Shown here one piece after another: positions 46,242 through 56,690 of a stretch of 64,000 nt of DNA. Numbering within the stretch: the first letter of the stretch is position 1; every line of letters starts with the position of its first letter. Below the pieces are notes generated by a model. That model was not told the origin of the DNA, did no database searches, and saw nothing but the letters and a program-made list of their open reading frames with translations. This DNA comes from Vicinamibacteria bacterium. Lineage in GTDB: Bacteria > Acidobacteriota > Vicinamibacteria > Marinacidobacterales > Marinacidobacteraceae. The DNA lies in NCBI GenBank assembly GCA_963668695.2, contig CAXXLQ010000004.1:2464001-2528000 (forward strand), written 5' to 3'. The translations under genes and the position numbers were made by a program.

Positions 46242-47562
46242 CTTCCGGGTCCGCCGCGGCGCCGCCGGCAGCAGGAGGCCCGCCGCCGGCAGCAGGAGCC
46301 GCCGGCAGCAGGAGGCCCGCCCGGCAGCAGGAGGCCCGCCGGCCAGGAGGCCAGGAGGCCCGCCGCCGGCAGCAGGAGGCCCGCCGCCGGCAGCAGGAGG
46401 CCAGCCGGCGGTAGGAGGCCAGCCGCTCGCGGGAATCCGCATTCTGGACCTGTCCAGAATCCTGGCCGGCCCCTACGCCACGATGATGCTCGCCGACCTC
46501 GGCGCCGAGGTGATCAAGATCGAGCCGCCCGCCGGGGATGACACCCGGACCTGGGGCCCGCCCTTTGCTGGCGGGGAGGCCGCCTACTTCGTGGCCGTCA
46601 ACCGGGGAAAAAAGAGCGTCACGCTCAACCTCAAGACCGAAGAAGGCTCCGAGGCCCTCTGGCGGCTGGTCGCGAGCAGCGACGTGCTGGTCGAGAACTT
46701 TCGGCCGGGGACGATGGCCCGGCTCGGGTTTTCTCCCGAGCGGGTTCAGAACCGTCACCCTCGGCTGGTCTGGTGCTCGGTCTCCGCCTACGGCCAGTAC
46801 GGGCCGCTCTCGTCCAAGCCGGGTTACGACGCGATCATGCAGGGCGAGGCCGGCTGGATGGGCCTTACCGGTCCGCCCGAGGGGCCGCCCACCAAGGTCG
46901 GGGCCTCCCTGGCCGACATCTGCGCCGGGATGATGGCGAGTTCCGGCATCCTGGCTGCCCTGTTCGCGCGGGAGCGGGACGGGCGGGGCCGCCGGGTGGA
47001 TGTGGCGCTCTTCGATTCGGTGGTGGCCACCCTCTGCTACCAGGCGCAGGGGTATCTGCTCACCGGTGAGGAGCCGGTCCGAAGCGGCAACAACCATCCC
47101 TCGCTGACGCCCTACGAAAGCTTCGAAGCGTCGGACGGGCACGTGATCGTGGGCGTCGGCAACGACGCGATCTGGAAGCGCTTCTGTGCGGTGGCGTGTC
47201 CCCACCTGGACCGTTCCGGGTTCGAAAAGAACCCCGACCGGGTGCGCCGGCGCCCCGAACTCCGCGCCCTGCTCGAGCCGGTCTTCCGTGCCCGGGGGGT
47301 CGCCGAGTGGGAGCGGATGCTGGACGCAGCCGGCGTTCCGGTGGGCCGGGTCCGAAGCGTGGCGGAGATCGTGGCGAGCCCGCAGCTTCAGGCGCGTGGG
47401 ATGGTGGTGGAACGCGAGCACCCCGCGGTCGGCACCCTCCGGATGGTCGGGAACCCGGTCCAGTTCGACGGGCAGAACCACACCGCCGCCCTCCCGCCGC
47501 CACTCCAGGGCCAGCACACCGAGGAGGTCCTCCGCGCCGTCCGGCCTCCACCGGACTACTGA
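46238..47562 (+). CDS. CaiB/BaiF CoA transferase; N-terminal repeat tract, start uncertain
   Basis: LAGIRILDLSRILAGP..LADLGAEVIKIE, NRGKKS, ENFRPG, GYD. Confidence 0.88.
46255..46425. repeat. ~21-bp tandem repeat (CCGCCGCCGGCAGCAGGAGGC) with irregular units
   Basis: About 8 units seen directly. Confidence 0.85.
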
Positions 47563-47644
47563 ACCGCCGCCTCCGAGCCGCACCCGGCACGGTAGCGGCC
47601 GTCATACTCAAGTGTCGTACAGGTGTAATTCACCGGTACGGATC

Positions 47645-48652
47645 ATGAATTCCTGCCGCGGAGTGCCCGGACGTCGATTCCTCCCGGGGAGCCTTCTGGT
47701 GTTCCTCATGACCTTCGGGCTGGGGATGTCGGAGGGATACCGGTTCCTGTTCGCCGATTTCGAGGGGACGCCGGCGCCCACCTACTGGGATCCCGCAAAG
47801 TGGGGTTCGGAGGAAACCCTTTCGTTTGTGCTCGTTGAGGCTCCGGAGTGGCTGGAGATGTTTTCCGGCATGGCTGAGGTCGAGAACTTCATCGAAGACG
47901 ACCTGATGGATGAGTGGTCGAACCTCACGACAGCAGATATTCGGTGGGAAATCGGAAGCGTCTCGACGAGCGTCGTGGACGACGCCTACAACATCCGGGT
48001 GAGTGACCGAACGACGTTCGCTACCTCCCTGATAACCAGAAAGAGGTCCGGCATCGTCGATTGCCAGATCTCCCTGGCGCCGCGCCTCCTGCGGACGCAT
48101 CGCCTGATCCTGGGGGACTCTCTCATTCACGAATTGGGCCACTGCCTCGGGCTCGGTCACGCGGCGAACTACTGGCCCGACGCCCACTTCATCGGTAGGA
48201 ATCTGGAACCGCCCGCGGCCTGGGCAGACGATCCCGTCATGTCCTACGGACGGACCCTGGGGGAGGTCACTTCCGATGATTCCATCGGCGCCTCCCTGCT
48301 GCGGCCGGCGTCCGGCTGGAAGGCGCGAACCGGAAGCATCTCGGGCACCGTGCTGAACGAGGATGGCGACGGCGCCGCGGTCGTGCACGTGCTGGCCACC
48401 CGCCTCGACGGCAGCGGCAACCTGGGAGCGAGCGCCGGCCGCTTCACGAACACCTCGGGCGAGTTCGTCCTCGAAGGACTGCCGGTCGGGCGCTATCTCC
48501 TGCTGGTCCGGCCCATCGTGGACGCGGACCCGCACGGCGACCTGATCCGCCTCGCCGAAACCGGAATCCGCGATGCGCTTCGGGCGTCGCTCGTTTCCGT
48601 GACCGCCGGCGCGGATGCCGGGCCGGTGACGATCCGGGTGCGGGACCGCTAG
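47645..48652 (+). CDS. Secreted matrixin-like zinc metalloprotease with C-terminal beta-sandwich
   Basis: Signal peptide, HELGHCLGLGH, Met-turn PVMSYG, GSISGTV...GEFVLEGLPVGRY. Confidence 0.85.
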   Translation: MNSCRGVPGRRFLPGSLLVFLMTFGLGMSEGYRFLFADFEGTPAPTYWDPAKWGSEETLSFVLVEAPEWLEMFSGMAEVENFIEDDLMDEWSNLTTADIRWEIGSVSTSVVDDAYNIRVSDRTTFATSLITRKRSGIVDCQISLAPRLLRTHRLILGDSLIHELGHCLGLGHAANYWPDAHFIGRNLEPPAAWADDPVMSYGRTLGEVTSDDSIGASLLRPASGWKARTGSISGTVLNEDGDGAAVVHVLATRLDGSGNLGASAGRFTNTSGEFVLEGLPVGRYLLLVRPIVDADPHGDLIRLAETGIRDALRASLVSVTAGADAGPVTIRVRDR

Positions 48653-48656
48653 GGTC

Positions 48657-51503
48657 ATGATCGAAGCACGGTGTCGGTGGCTTTCACGGATCTCCGGCGC
48701 GCTTTTCATCCTCGGCCTCGGCGGCGCTCCGGGGTGCGACACCCCCACGACGCCGGCTCCTGAGAGTCCGGCGATCCCCGGCTCCCCGCCGTCGGTTCCA
48801 CCGTCCGGGCCGGCTCCACCTGCCGCGCAGCCCCCGCCCGCCCAGCCCGCGCCGCCCCCGGGGCCGGAACAGCCCCCTCCACCGCCCGAGCGTCCCGTCC
48901 CGCCGTCCTCTGGTGGCGGTGGTGGCGGTGGCGGCGGTGGTGGTGGTGGTGGTGGTGGTGGTGGTGGTGGTGGTGGTGGTGGTGGTGGTGGTGGTGGTGG
49001 TGGTGGCGGTCTGACGACCATGAGCGGACCGCGGCCGACCGGAATCATCGCCGCCAATCCCGACGCGATTTTCCGGGGGGAATGCTCCAACCTGAACTGG
49101 TTCACCGAGGACGCCACCAGCCAGTCCATCAACCAGGGAATCGGGTCGGTCCCGGCTCGCGGACACCGCCTGATCTGCCCCACGAGGACCACGACCTACA
49201 CGCTGAGTGCGTCCGGCCCCGGGGGATCCCTGTCCCTCGCTCCCTCGGTGACGATCACGGTGACGGCACCCCCGCCGACCGGTGACCTGGGGGTAATCAC
49301 CACACCCATCCAGCGCGGGGAATGTACGGATCTCACCTGGTCCACCACCGGAACGGCCAGCCGGAGGATCCAGCCTGACGTCGGGAGCGTCGGGCCGCAG
49401 GGCCGGGAGGCAGTCTGTCCCGGGGTCACGACCACCTACACGCTGACCGCCTCGGGCCCGGGGGGATCCCTGGATCCCGAGCCCGCCGTCACCGTCGTCG
49501 TCATCCAACCCACCCCGACGGGGCAGCTCTCCGCGACCCGCCCGGCGCTGATCTCAGGGGAGTGCACGGAGCTGCTCTGGGTTACCACGGGGACGACCAG
49601 CCAGACCATTGCGCCGGGCATCGGGAGCGTGCCGGTCTCCGGATCCCGCAACGGGGTCTGTCCGACGGCTACCACGACGTACACCCTGACCGCGACCGGT
49701 CCGGGAGGCACGGTGACGCCCGCGCCGGAGGTGACCGTTACCGTGGTTCCGGCGCCGCCGACCGCGAGTCTCAACGCGAATCCGCCGAGCGTCACCTCGG
49801 GAAACTGTTCGACCCTGAACTGGAGCACGACGGACGCTACCGATGTGTCCCTGAACCAGGGGATCGGCAGCGTGTCCACCAGCGGATCCCGGCAAGTCTG
49901 TCCGACAACTTCCACGGCGTACACCCTGACCGTCTCCGGGCCGGGCGGATCGCTCAGCCCGAGCCCCGAGGTCACGGTTACGGTGGCGGCTTCGTCGTCC
50001 GCCCCGACGGGAACGATTGGAGTTGACCCGGTGTTTCTGGACCGCGGCGAATGCTCAGCGCTCAGTTGGAGCACGACGGACGCGACGAGCCAGTCCATCG
50101 ATCAGGGGATCGGCAGCGTCGCCGCCAGCGGTTCGCAGCGGATCTGCCCGACCGAGACGACGACCTACACCCTGACCGCCTCCGGTTCCGGAGGTTCCCT
50201 GAGCCCCGAACCCACGGCCACCGTGACCGTGGAACAGCCCAAACCGGACGGTGACCTGTTCGCCGATCCCGAGCGGATCAGCCGGGGGCAGTGTTCCACC
50301 TTGAGCTGGATTACCCGGGACACGCCCATCCGGTCCATCGATCAGGGGATCGGCAGCGTCGCGGCCAGCGGATCCCGTTCGGTCTGCCCGACGGAGACGA
50401 CAACCTACCGACTCACTGGTTCGGGCCCCGGGGGGAATCTGAACACGATGGTGACGGTCCAGGTCGTCCAGCCGGTGCCGACGGGAACTCTGACCGCCAG
50501 CCCGGAAGAGATCGAGACGGGGAAATGCTCCACGCTGACCTGGCGCACCGCCGAAACCACCACCCGTTCCATCGATCAGGGAGTCGGGGACGTGGCGGCC
50601 TCGGGTTCCGAACAAGTCTGTCCGACCGAGACGACGACCTACACCCTGACCGCCTCCGGACCGGGAGGATCCCTGACGCCGTCGCCCTTCGCCACCATCA
50701 TGGTCAAAGAGCCGCCCGCGTCCGAGGTCCGCTGCGAGATGGTGAGCGTGTCCACGGAGACCCCCATCCGGGCTGGCGAGGGCTATGGCATCTGCCGCGA
50801 CGACTTCTTCGTGGACATCACCATCGAAACGAAGGACGCCGACACCACGGTCCTGGACCTCGGGGAGCCCTACCGCATCTTCGACTGGCAGGTTGAGACG
50901 ATCACCGACGGCCTCCGGCACTCGGTGCGCCTTCACTGGAACCCCCGGGACGAAGAGGGTCTGCTGCCCTCTTCCGGCAGAGCAAGGCCCCTAATCGTCC
51001 AGGCGTGTCCCGAGGGGGACGTGGGAACGTTCGTCGCTTGTGACGACCTCGGATGCACCACGTATAACGACGAAAGCGACATCCCCGACGTGCGGACGCC
51101 GCTCAGCCTGCGGCCTTCCACCAACATCGTGCTCGAGAGTCCCTGGATGGAATCCGAGGTCCAGGACGTCGAGGAGGGGACGCAGCTCGACATTCCGATT
51201 TCCTACGAGATCGACGGAAGCTTCACCGGGAGCATTTTCGTGGAGGCGTCCCTCACCATCGTAGGCAGCTCCGCGAACGCCAGCCGGCGGTTGGTTTCCT
51301 TCAGGAGACTGGTGACCGCGGATGTGACCCCGAACGCCTCCGGAAACCTCGATTTCTGGGTGGTGCCGAATCTGACTTCGGAAGACGAGGGGACGCATAC
51401 GGTGAAGCTCAACTTCCAGGTCGGGTTGTCCACTTCCAGCGCTTCCGACTGCATCGTCCCGCCGAATTCGGTGCAATTCCGGGTCATCGAGGCCCAGCCA
51501 TAG
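48657..51503 (+). CDS. Surface lipoprotein: Pro-rich, 33-Gly tract, 7 two-Cys Ig-like repeats, Cys-rich C-terminal domain
   Basis: GAPGC-DTP; repeats PTG...GECxxLxW...IDQGIGSV...CPT.TTTYTLTA.GPGG x7. Confidence 0.85.
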   Translation: MIEARCRWLSRISGALFILGLGGAPGCDTPTTPAPESPAIPGSPPSVPPSGPAPPAAQPPPAQPAPPPGPEQPPPPPERPVPPSSGGGGGGGGGGGGGGGGGGGGGGGGGGGGGGGGGLTTMSGPRPTGIIAANPDAIFRGECSNLNWFTEDATSQSINQGIGSVPARGHRLICPTRTTTYTLSASGPGGSLSLAPSVTITVTAPPPTGDLGVITTPIQRGECTDLTWSTTGTASRRIQPDVGSVGPQGREAVCPGVTTTYTLTASGPGGSLDPEPAVTVVVIQPTPTGQLSATRPALISGECTELLWVTTGTTSQTIAPGIGSVPVSGSRNGVCPTATTTYTLTATGPGGTVTPAPEVTVTVVPAPPTASLNANPPSVTSGNCSTLNWSTTDATDVSLNQGIGSVSTSGSRQVCPTTSTAYTLTVSGPGGSLSPSPEVTVTVAASSSAPTGTIGVDPVFLDRGECSALSWSTTDATSQSIDQGIGSVAASGSQRICPTETTTYTLTASGSGGSLSPEPTATVTVEQPKPDGDLFADPERISRGQCSTLSWITRDTPIRSIDQGIGSVAASGSRSVCPTETTTYRLTGSGPGGNLNTMVTVQVVQPVPTGTLTASPEEIETGKCSTLTWRTAETTTRSIDQGVGDVAASGSEQVCPTETTTYTLTASGPGGSLTPSPFATIMVKEPPASEVRCEMVSVSTETPIRAGEGYGICRDDFFVDITIETKDADTTVLDLGEPYRIFDWQVETITDGLRHSVRLHWNPRDEEGLLPSSGRARPLIVQACPEGDVGTFVACDDLGCTTYNDESDIPDVRTPLSLRPSTNIVLESPWMESEVQDVEEGTQLDIPISYEIDGSFTGSIFVEASLTIVGSSANASRRLVSFRRLVTADVTPNASGNLDFWVVPNLTSEDEGTHTVKLNFQVGLSTSSASDCIVPPNSVQFRVIEAQP
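48912..49010 (+). repeat. (GGT)n-dominated tract encoding 33 Gly
   Basis: 99 nt counted from the coordinates. Confidence 0.9.
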
Positions 51504-51531
51504 CGGGAAACGCGCGGCCGCCGCGCTGTTA

Positions 51532-51754
51532 GCAGCCTGTGGTGAAACCCGGAAGGCATCCATTCGCGGCGCGCAGCGCCGCGGGGGTGGGGTGTGGGGA
51601 GGGGTTTCCCCTCCCCACGAAAGACGATGGTGCGAATCGCGCAGCGATTCGCACCATCAACCCGTGGGGAAAGCGCCCCGCACGCACACAAACCGACGGA
51701 TTCGCCGCGCGCGACCTCCTGGGGCTCGTGCGGGGTGCTTTCACCACGGGCTGT
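51532..51754. mobile_element. MITE with the same TIRs but a different interior (type B)
   Basis: GCAGCCTGTGGTGAAAC...TTTCACCACGGGCTGT; perfect hairpins at 51594..51618 and 51626..51658. Confidence 0.7.
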
Positions 51755-51756
51755 CA

Positions 51757-51937
51757 GCAGTCTGTGGACAACGTCGCGGGAGGGCCGAGAGCGGCGAGGC
51801 GCCCGGCTGACAAGGCGCGCGAGGGAGGAATACCGCGTGTATTTCGACCGAAGCGCAACGATGAGCGACGCGAAGCGGCGCGGTCCAGGCGGGATGCATC
51901 GCCGGTCGAACACCCCGCGACGTTGTTCACGGGCTGC
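51757..51937. mobile_element. MITE, empty form
   Basis: GCAGTCTGTGG...CACGGGCTGC|TA; interior matches 17996..18176 reversed. Confidence 0.8.
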
Positions 51938-51982
51938 TAGCATTTGATCGGTTGGGGTGAGGTAGGGAGGCGGAGAGGCGCG

Positions 51983-52933
51983 ATGGAAACCGCACAAAAC
52001 ACCGGGGGCAGCGCTCCGGTGCGCCGCTCGGCAGGCTGGCTGGCTGGCCTCGCCTCGGGCGGTTCGGCATCCAGCCCGGCGGAGCCGATCTGGAAGCAGC
52101 GATCGGCGCTCGCCTCGGCCGCCTTCCACCTGGCGCTGGCAGCCCTCGTATTCCTGCCGAGGTTCGGTTTCTTCGACGCGTCGGACGAGCGGATGATGGG
52201 CAGCCCCCTCTTCCAGTTCCGGATCGCCGGGGGCGAAGGCGCCGGCGGTGGCGGTGGCGGCGGCGGCAGCCGCGGGGAGCGGATCAGCGCCTACATTCCG
52301 GTCCGGGTGGAATCGCCAACCCCCCAGCCCGAACTCGAAACCCCGCGCGAGGCCCCCATCGCTCCGCGGAAGCCGCGGCCCCTCCGCTTCGAGGACCTGG
52401 GGAACGTCGCCGATCAGCCGGATCTGACGAACCTGGTTCTGGGAGATGTCTTTTCTCCGCAGGCGGTCGATTTCCCCGGGCTCTCGCTCGACGACTTCGG
52501 CGACTCCGGAGGGCGTGATACCGCGCCGAGCGCGGGTACCGGTGGGGGTGTCGGCGGCGGCGAGGGGATCGGGACCGGCGAGGGGCAGGGATGGGGAGTC
52601 GGCCCCGGGTACGGGGGCGGCTCGGGTGGCGGCGCCTACAGCTCCGGGGGCTATGACGTGGAGCCGCGCCTCCTCTACGAACCCCCCGAGCCGCCCTATC
52701 CCGAGTCGGCGCGGCGGCGGAAAATCACCGGCGAAGTGATGCTTCGTGTTCTCGTCAAGCTCGATGGGACCACGGAGGTGCTCGGGATCATCAAGTCCGG
52801 GTGCCGGGTCTGCGTCGAAACGGCGCGGCAGCACGCGCTCCTCTATCGCTGGAAGCCGGCCCTCAAGGACGGAAAGCCGGTGGAGGCGATCGGGGTCATC
52901 AGCGTCACCTTCGGCCTGTTCCCGACCGGTTAG
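51983..52933 (+). CDS. TonB family protein
   Basis: TM with SAAFH, Pro/Gly linker, YPESARRRKITGEV..WKPALKDGKPV. Confidence 0.82.
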   Translation: METAQNTGGSAPVRRSAGWLAGLASGGSASSPAEPIWKQRSALASAAFHLALAALVFLPRFGFFDASDERMMGSPLFQFRIAGGEGAGGGGGGGGSRGERISAYIPVRVESPTPQPELETPREAPIAPRKPRPLRFEDLGNVADQPDLTNLVLGDVFSPQAVDFPGLSLDDFGDSGGRDTAPSAGTGGGVGGGEGIGTGEGQGWGVGPGYGGGSGGGAYSSGGYDVEPRLLYEPPEPPYPESARRRKITGEVMLRVLVKLDGTTEVLGIIKSGCRVCVETARQHALLYRWKPALKDGKPVEAIGVISVTFGLFPTG

Positions 52934-52949
52934 CTCCGGCCCAGACGGC

Positions 52950-53489
52950 GTGACTCCCCCTGACGGCACGGCGGCGGCCCCGCCCGAGATCCTCTCGGCG
53001 GAGGTCATCGCCGCGCGGGTGAAATCACTCGCCGAGGAGATCGCCGCCGCTCACGCCGACCGGAAGCTGCATCTTCTGGTGGTACTCCGCGGAGCCTTCG
53101 TGTTCGCGGCCGATCTGGTGCGCGAACTCCATGCGCGGGGCATCGAGGTGACCGTAGATTTCTGCCGGGTGGCGTCCTACGGCGACGGCACCGAGCCGGG
53201 GAGTCCCGCCGTAGAGCTCTACCACCCCGAGACCCTCACCGACCGCGACGTGCTGATCGTGGAGGACATCGTGGACACCGGGATCGCGCTGGAAGCCCTC
53301 ATGCGGGCGGTGGAGTCGGCGGGGCCCCGTTCCGTGGGGTGCGCGGCGCTGCTTTCCAAACCGTCCCGCCGCCGCGTCGCTGTCCAGGCGGACTTCATCG
53401 GCTTCGTCGTTCCCGACCAGTTCCTGGTGGGCTACGGCCTCGACTACGCCGGCCGCTACCGCCACCTCCCCTACGTGGGCGTGCTGTAG
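52950..53489 (+). CDS. hpt: Hypoxanthine phosphoribosyltransferase
   Basis: VLRGAFVF, IVEDIVDTG, FLVGYGLDY..YRHLPY. Confidence 0.93.
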   Translation: MTPPDGTAAAPPEILSAEVIAARVKSLAEEIAAAHADRKLHLLVVLRGAFVFAADLVRELHARGIEVTVDFCRVASYGDGTEPGSPAVELYHPETLTDRDVLIVEDIVDTGIALEALMRAVESAGPRSVGCAALLSKPSRRRVAVQADFIGFVVPDQFLVGYGLDYAGRYRHLPYVGVL

Positions 53490-53517
53490 GGGACGGGACG
53501 CAGTCCGAGGCTTCCCG

Positions 53518-54378
53518 TCAGCCTCCTCGAAATTCCTCCTCCGCGGCCGCCGCCCCGAGCAGCCGCCCGAGCGTCGGCGCCGCCCGCGCCGCGGCCTCGT
53601 TCACATGCGCCGCAGCGAGCGGCCCCTCGCCCATTCCCGCCGCGAGGTTCGAGGCAAAGGCGAGCCCCGCGAGCCGGATTCCGAGATGGCGCGCCGCGAT
53701 CGCTTCGAGCACCACCGACATGCCCACCACGTCCGCGCCGATCGTCCGCAGCATCCGGATCTCGGCCGGGGTTTCGAACTGGGGGCCCCGCACCCCGGCG
53801 TAGACCCCGGAGAGCAGGCGGATCCCGATCCGCGAGGCGGCGCGCTCGAGCGCCGCTCCGAGTCGTTCGTCCCAGGCCCGGGTCATGTCCGGAAAGCGCG
53901 GCTCGGGCCCGGGTTCCGGGCCCTCGAGGGGGCTCGCACCGGTCAGGTTGAGGTGGTCGTCAATCCGCAGGAAATCCCCGACCCGGAGCTCCGGATGGAT
54001 GGCGCCTACCGCTGCGGTAAGGACCAGCCGCCGGACGCCGAGCGTCCCCAGGAGCCGCACCGCGAAGACGGCCTCTTCCGGAGTTCGCCCCTCGTAGAGA
54101 TGGTGTCTGCCGAGTAGCACCGCTACTGGCAGCGGGGTCCCGGAATCGGCAGGCAGATCGCCGACCAGGAGCCGGCTCCGGTGGCCCGGGGCCGAACACG
54201 CGGCGAGCCCCGGGACGCTCTCGTAGGGGAGGGAGCGGGCGTCCGGGACTCCAGCCGCGACGCCGGCCAGTCCGGAGCCGAGGACGATCCCGAGCTCCGG
54301 GAACGGCCGGTCCTTCCCGTACCACGCCCGGATAGAGGCGGCCGCCTCCGAAAGGCGCACTTCGACGGCGGGGTTCAC
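53518..54378 (-). CDS. Purine nucleoside phosphorylase (trimeric type)
   Basis: VLGSGL, GRHHLYEG, GPQFETPAE, VGMS. Confidence 0.9.
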   Translation of the reverse strand: MNPAVEVRLSEAAASIRAWYGKDRPFPELGIVLGSGLAGVAAGVPDARSLPYESVPGLAACSAPGHRSRLLVGDLPADSGTPLPVAVLLGRHHLYEGRTPEEAVFAVRLLGTLGVRRLVLTAAVGAIHPELRVGDFLRIDDHLNLTGASPLEGPEPGPEPRFPDMTRAWDERLGAALERAASRIGIRLLSGVYAGVRGPQFETPAEIRMLRTIGADVVGMSVVLEAIAARHLGIRLAGLAFASNLAAGMGEGPLAAAHVNEAAARAAPTLGRLLGAAAAEEEFRGG

Positions 54379-55580
54379 GGCGCCCCCACGAGCATTCCGG
54401 CGATGGCGGCGGTCACGAGCGTCGCCGCCGTGCCGCCGACGAGGGCCCGGAGGCCCAGCCGGGCCAGATCCTTCTTGCGGCCGGGCGCGATCGCTCCGAT
54501 TCCGCCGATCTGGATGCCGACGGAACCGAGGTTCGCGAACCCACAGAGGGCGAACGTCGCGATGATCTCGCTCTTCGCGGAGAGCGCCCCCGTGTTCTTC
54601 AGCGCCGTCAGGTCAAGGTAGGCGACGAATTCGTTGAGGATCAGCTTCTTCCCGAGCAGCGAGGCAACGGTCCCGACTTCCGCCAGCGGGACACCGATCA
54701 GGAAGGCGATCGGCGCGAAAACCCAACCCAGGATCTCCGAGAGCGACAGACCCACCGCACCGAGCGGCAGATTGATGAGCGCCACGATGCTCAGGAAGGC
54801 GATCAGCATCGCGACCACGTTCAACACCAGTTTCATGCCGGCGGAGGCGCCGCTCGCGGCCGCATCGATCAGGTTTACCTCACCGCGCTCGACTCGGCAT
54901 TTCACCCGTCCCGCCGTCGCCGGCTTTTCGGTCTCCGGGACGATGATCTTGGCCATCATGAGCGCCGCCGGGGCGTTCACCAGGCTGGCCGCCAACAGAA
55001 AGCGGGCGTCCACGCCGAGCGCGATATAGGCCGCGAGCATCCCGCCCGACACGGTGGCCATTCCCGAGACCATGACCGCGTGGAGTTCCGAGCGGGTCAT
55101 ACGCTCCAGGTACGGGGCCACCAGCAGCGGCGCCTCGGTCTGGCCCATGAAGACGTTCCCGGCGGCGGCCAGCGTTTCCGCGCCGCTGGTGCCGAGCGTG
55201 CGCACCATCACCTTGGCCATTCCCACCACGGCAAGCTGCAGGATGCCGAGGTAGTAGAGGACGGAGAACACCGACGCCACGTAGACGATGGCGGGGAGCG
55301 CCGAGATCGCCAGGATGACCCCGAAACGCTCCCGATCGGCCAGCGGGCCGAACAGCAGTTCGATGCCGGCGTTCGCCTGCTGGAGCGCAAGTTCCACCCC
55401 GTCCGCGACCGTCGAAAGCACCGCGGCCCCCGCGGAGGTCTTGAGGACCAGCAGCGCGAACGCCAGCTGCATCGCGAGCGACCAGGCGACAATCCGCCAC
55501 GGGAAGCGGCGGCGATCGGTGGAGATCGCCCAGGCGATGCCGATCAGAACCGCGATCCCGAGAACCGGGAGTCCCGCCAT
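54375..55580 (-). CDS. nupC: NupC/CNT nucleoside transporter
   Basis: GQTEAP, MATVSG, NEFVAY, LCGFAN. Confidence 0.92.
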   Translation of the reverse strand: MAGLPVLGIAVLIGIAWAISTDRRRFPWRIVAWSLAMQLAFALLVLKTSAGAAVLSTVADGVELALQQANAGIELLFGPLADRERFGVILAISALPAIVYVASVFSVLYYLGILQLAVVGMAKVMVRTLGTSGAETLAAAGNVFMGQTEAPLLVAPYLERMTRSELHAVMVSGMATVSGGMLAAYIALGVDARFLLAASLVNAPAALMMAKIIVPETEKPATAGRVKCRVERGEVNLIDAAASGASAGMKLVLNVVAMLIAFLSIVALINLPLGAVGLSLSEILGWVFAPIAFLIGVPLAEVGTVASLLGKKLILNEFVAYLDLTALKNTGALSAKSEIIATFALCGFANLGSVGIQIGGIGAIAPGRKKDLARLGLRALVGGTAATLVTAAIAGMLVGAP

Positions 55581-55604
55581 CTGGAGAGTTGCGGTGGGTC
55601 CCGA

Positions 55605-55775
55605 TCAGGCGCCCGCCAGGTACATGACCCAGCCGATTCCTACGGCGAATCCGACGAAGCTGAGGAAGGCCCAGAGGGTGAAGCGCAGCCGCGCTCCCCA
55701 TCCTTCGCGCATGAGGCAGGCGAAGGCGGGGGAGACGAGCGCGGCGAACACGATGAGCGCGGCGAAGTGGCTCAT
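55605..55775 (-). CDS. Small two-TM membrane protein
   Basis: MSHFAALIVFAALVS...GWVMY; ATGA coupling to the upstream gene. Confidence 0.65.
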   Translation of the reverse strand: MSHFAALIVFAALVSPAFACLMREGWGARLRFTLWAFLSFVGFAVGIGWVMYLAGA

Positions 55776-56233
55776 CGCGTGGCGTCCACGGGCGCTCCGT
55801 CCTCCGCCGACTCCTTGGCCCCCGTCGCAATGTCCCACGCATCCAGGACCACCAGCATGTTGAGGAGTCCCGCCACGATCAGGAAGGCGTACCCGTATTC
55901 GTAGGCGGGAGCTTCCGGAATCCCGGCCCCGAGCCCCAGCATGCGGGCCGCCACGTAGAACCCGCCGGCCCCCATCTCGGCGAGCCCGGCGAGGAGGGTC
56001 AGCGGCGCCGTCGCCTCGAAGGGAAAGAGTTCTCCCTCCATCTGGATCCCGAAGACGAACAGCAGCCCGATGCTGACGAGGAACACGGCGCCCGTCCCGC
56101 GCCGGCCGAGGGCCATGTGTCCCGCTCCCGGCAAAAGCAGGCCCAAACCGCAGAAAAGCAGCGGGTTCGACGCCTCGCGGGTACCCGTTCGGGGTTGCTG
56201 CCGGGCGCTCGCGCGCACCCCTGCCTCGACCAT
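55772..56233 (-). CDS. DUF6677-like membrane protein
   Basis: LPGAGH..LGR, YEYG..FLIVAGLLNMLVVLDAWDIA. Confidence 0.7.
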   Translation of the reverse strand: MVEAGVRASARQQPRTGTREASNPLLFCGLGLLLPGAGHMALGRRGTGAVFLVSIGLLFVFGIQMEGELFPFEATAPLTLLAGLAEMGAGGFYVAARMLGLGAGIPEAPAYEYGYAFLIVAGLLNMLVVLDAWDIATGAKESAEDGAPVDATR

Positions 56234-56306
56234 TCGGGAATCGTAACCGGGCGGTGGGAGAGCAGAGGAGCCCGACTTCCAGGTTGGCATGTTGGCGCGG
56301 ATGCCA

Positions 56307-56690
56307 GGGAACGCCGGCCAGTTGCCGTGAAACTGCCGTCGCGCCGGGATGCCGACAGTTTGGATGGTGCGGGCCGCAAGGGAACGCTGGGCGGTTGCTG
56401 TGAAAATGCAGTCGCGCCGGGACCCCGACAACCCGGATGGCGCGCAGGCAAGGGAACGCCGGCCAGTCCTCCCGGTGGGGGCCTTCAGACCGGCACCGCG
56501 CGGGAGCGCGAAACCAGCACCGATGAGGTTGCGCCATGGCAAGTTGAGGGCCGGGTCTTTTTCATGACGGGCGAGGGTGTGCAGGTCCACCCGATCATGC
56601 GGGTTTCTCCCGGTGGGGCCCTTCAGACCGGCATCGCGCGGGAGCGCGAAACCAGCACCGATGACGCTGCGCTATGCCAACTCGAGTTCC
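56307..56690. repeat. REP-like cluster: two ~73-bp tandem units plus two family 2 copies with 20-mers
   Basis: GGGAACGC starts at 56307, 56380 and 56452; 20-mers at 56463..56482 and degenerate near 56601..56620. Confidence 0.7.

Noticed and set aside
47630-49192. Poly-Pro ORF on the minus strand
   Set aside because: It is the antisense reading of the poly-Gly tract.
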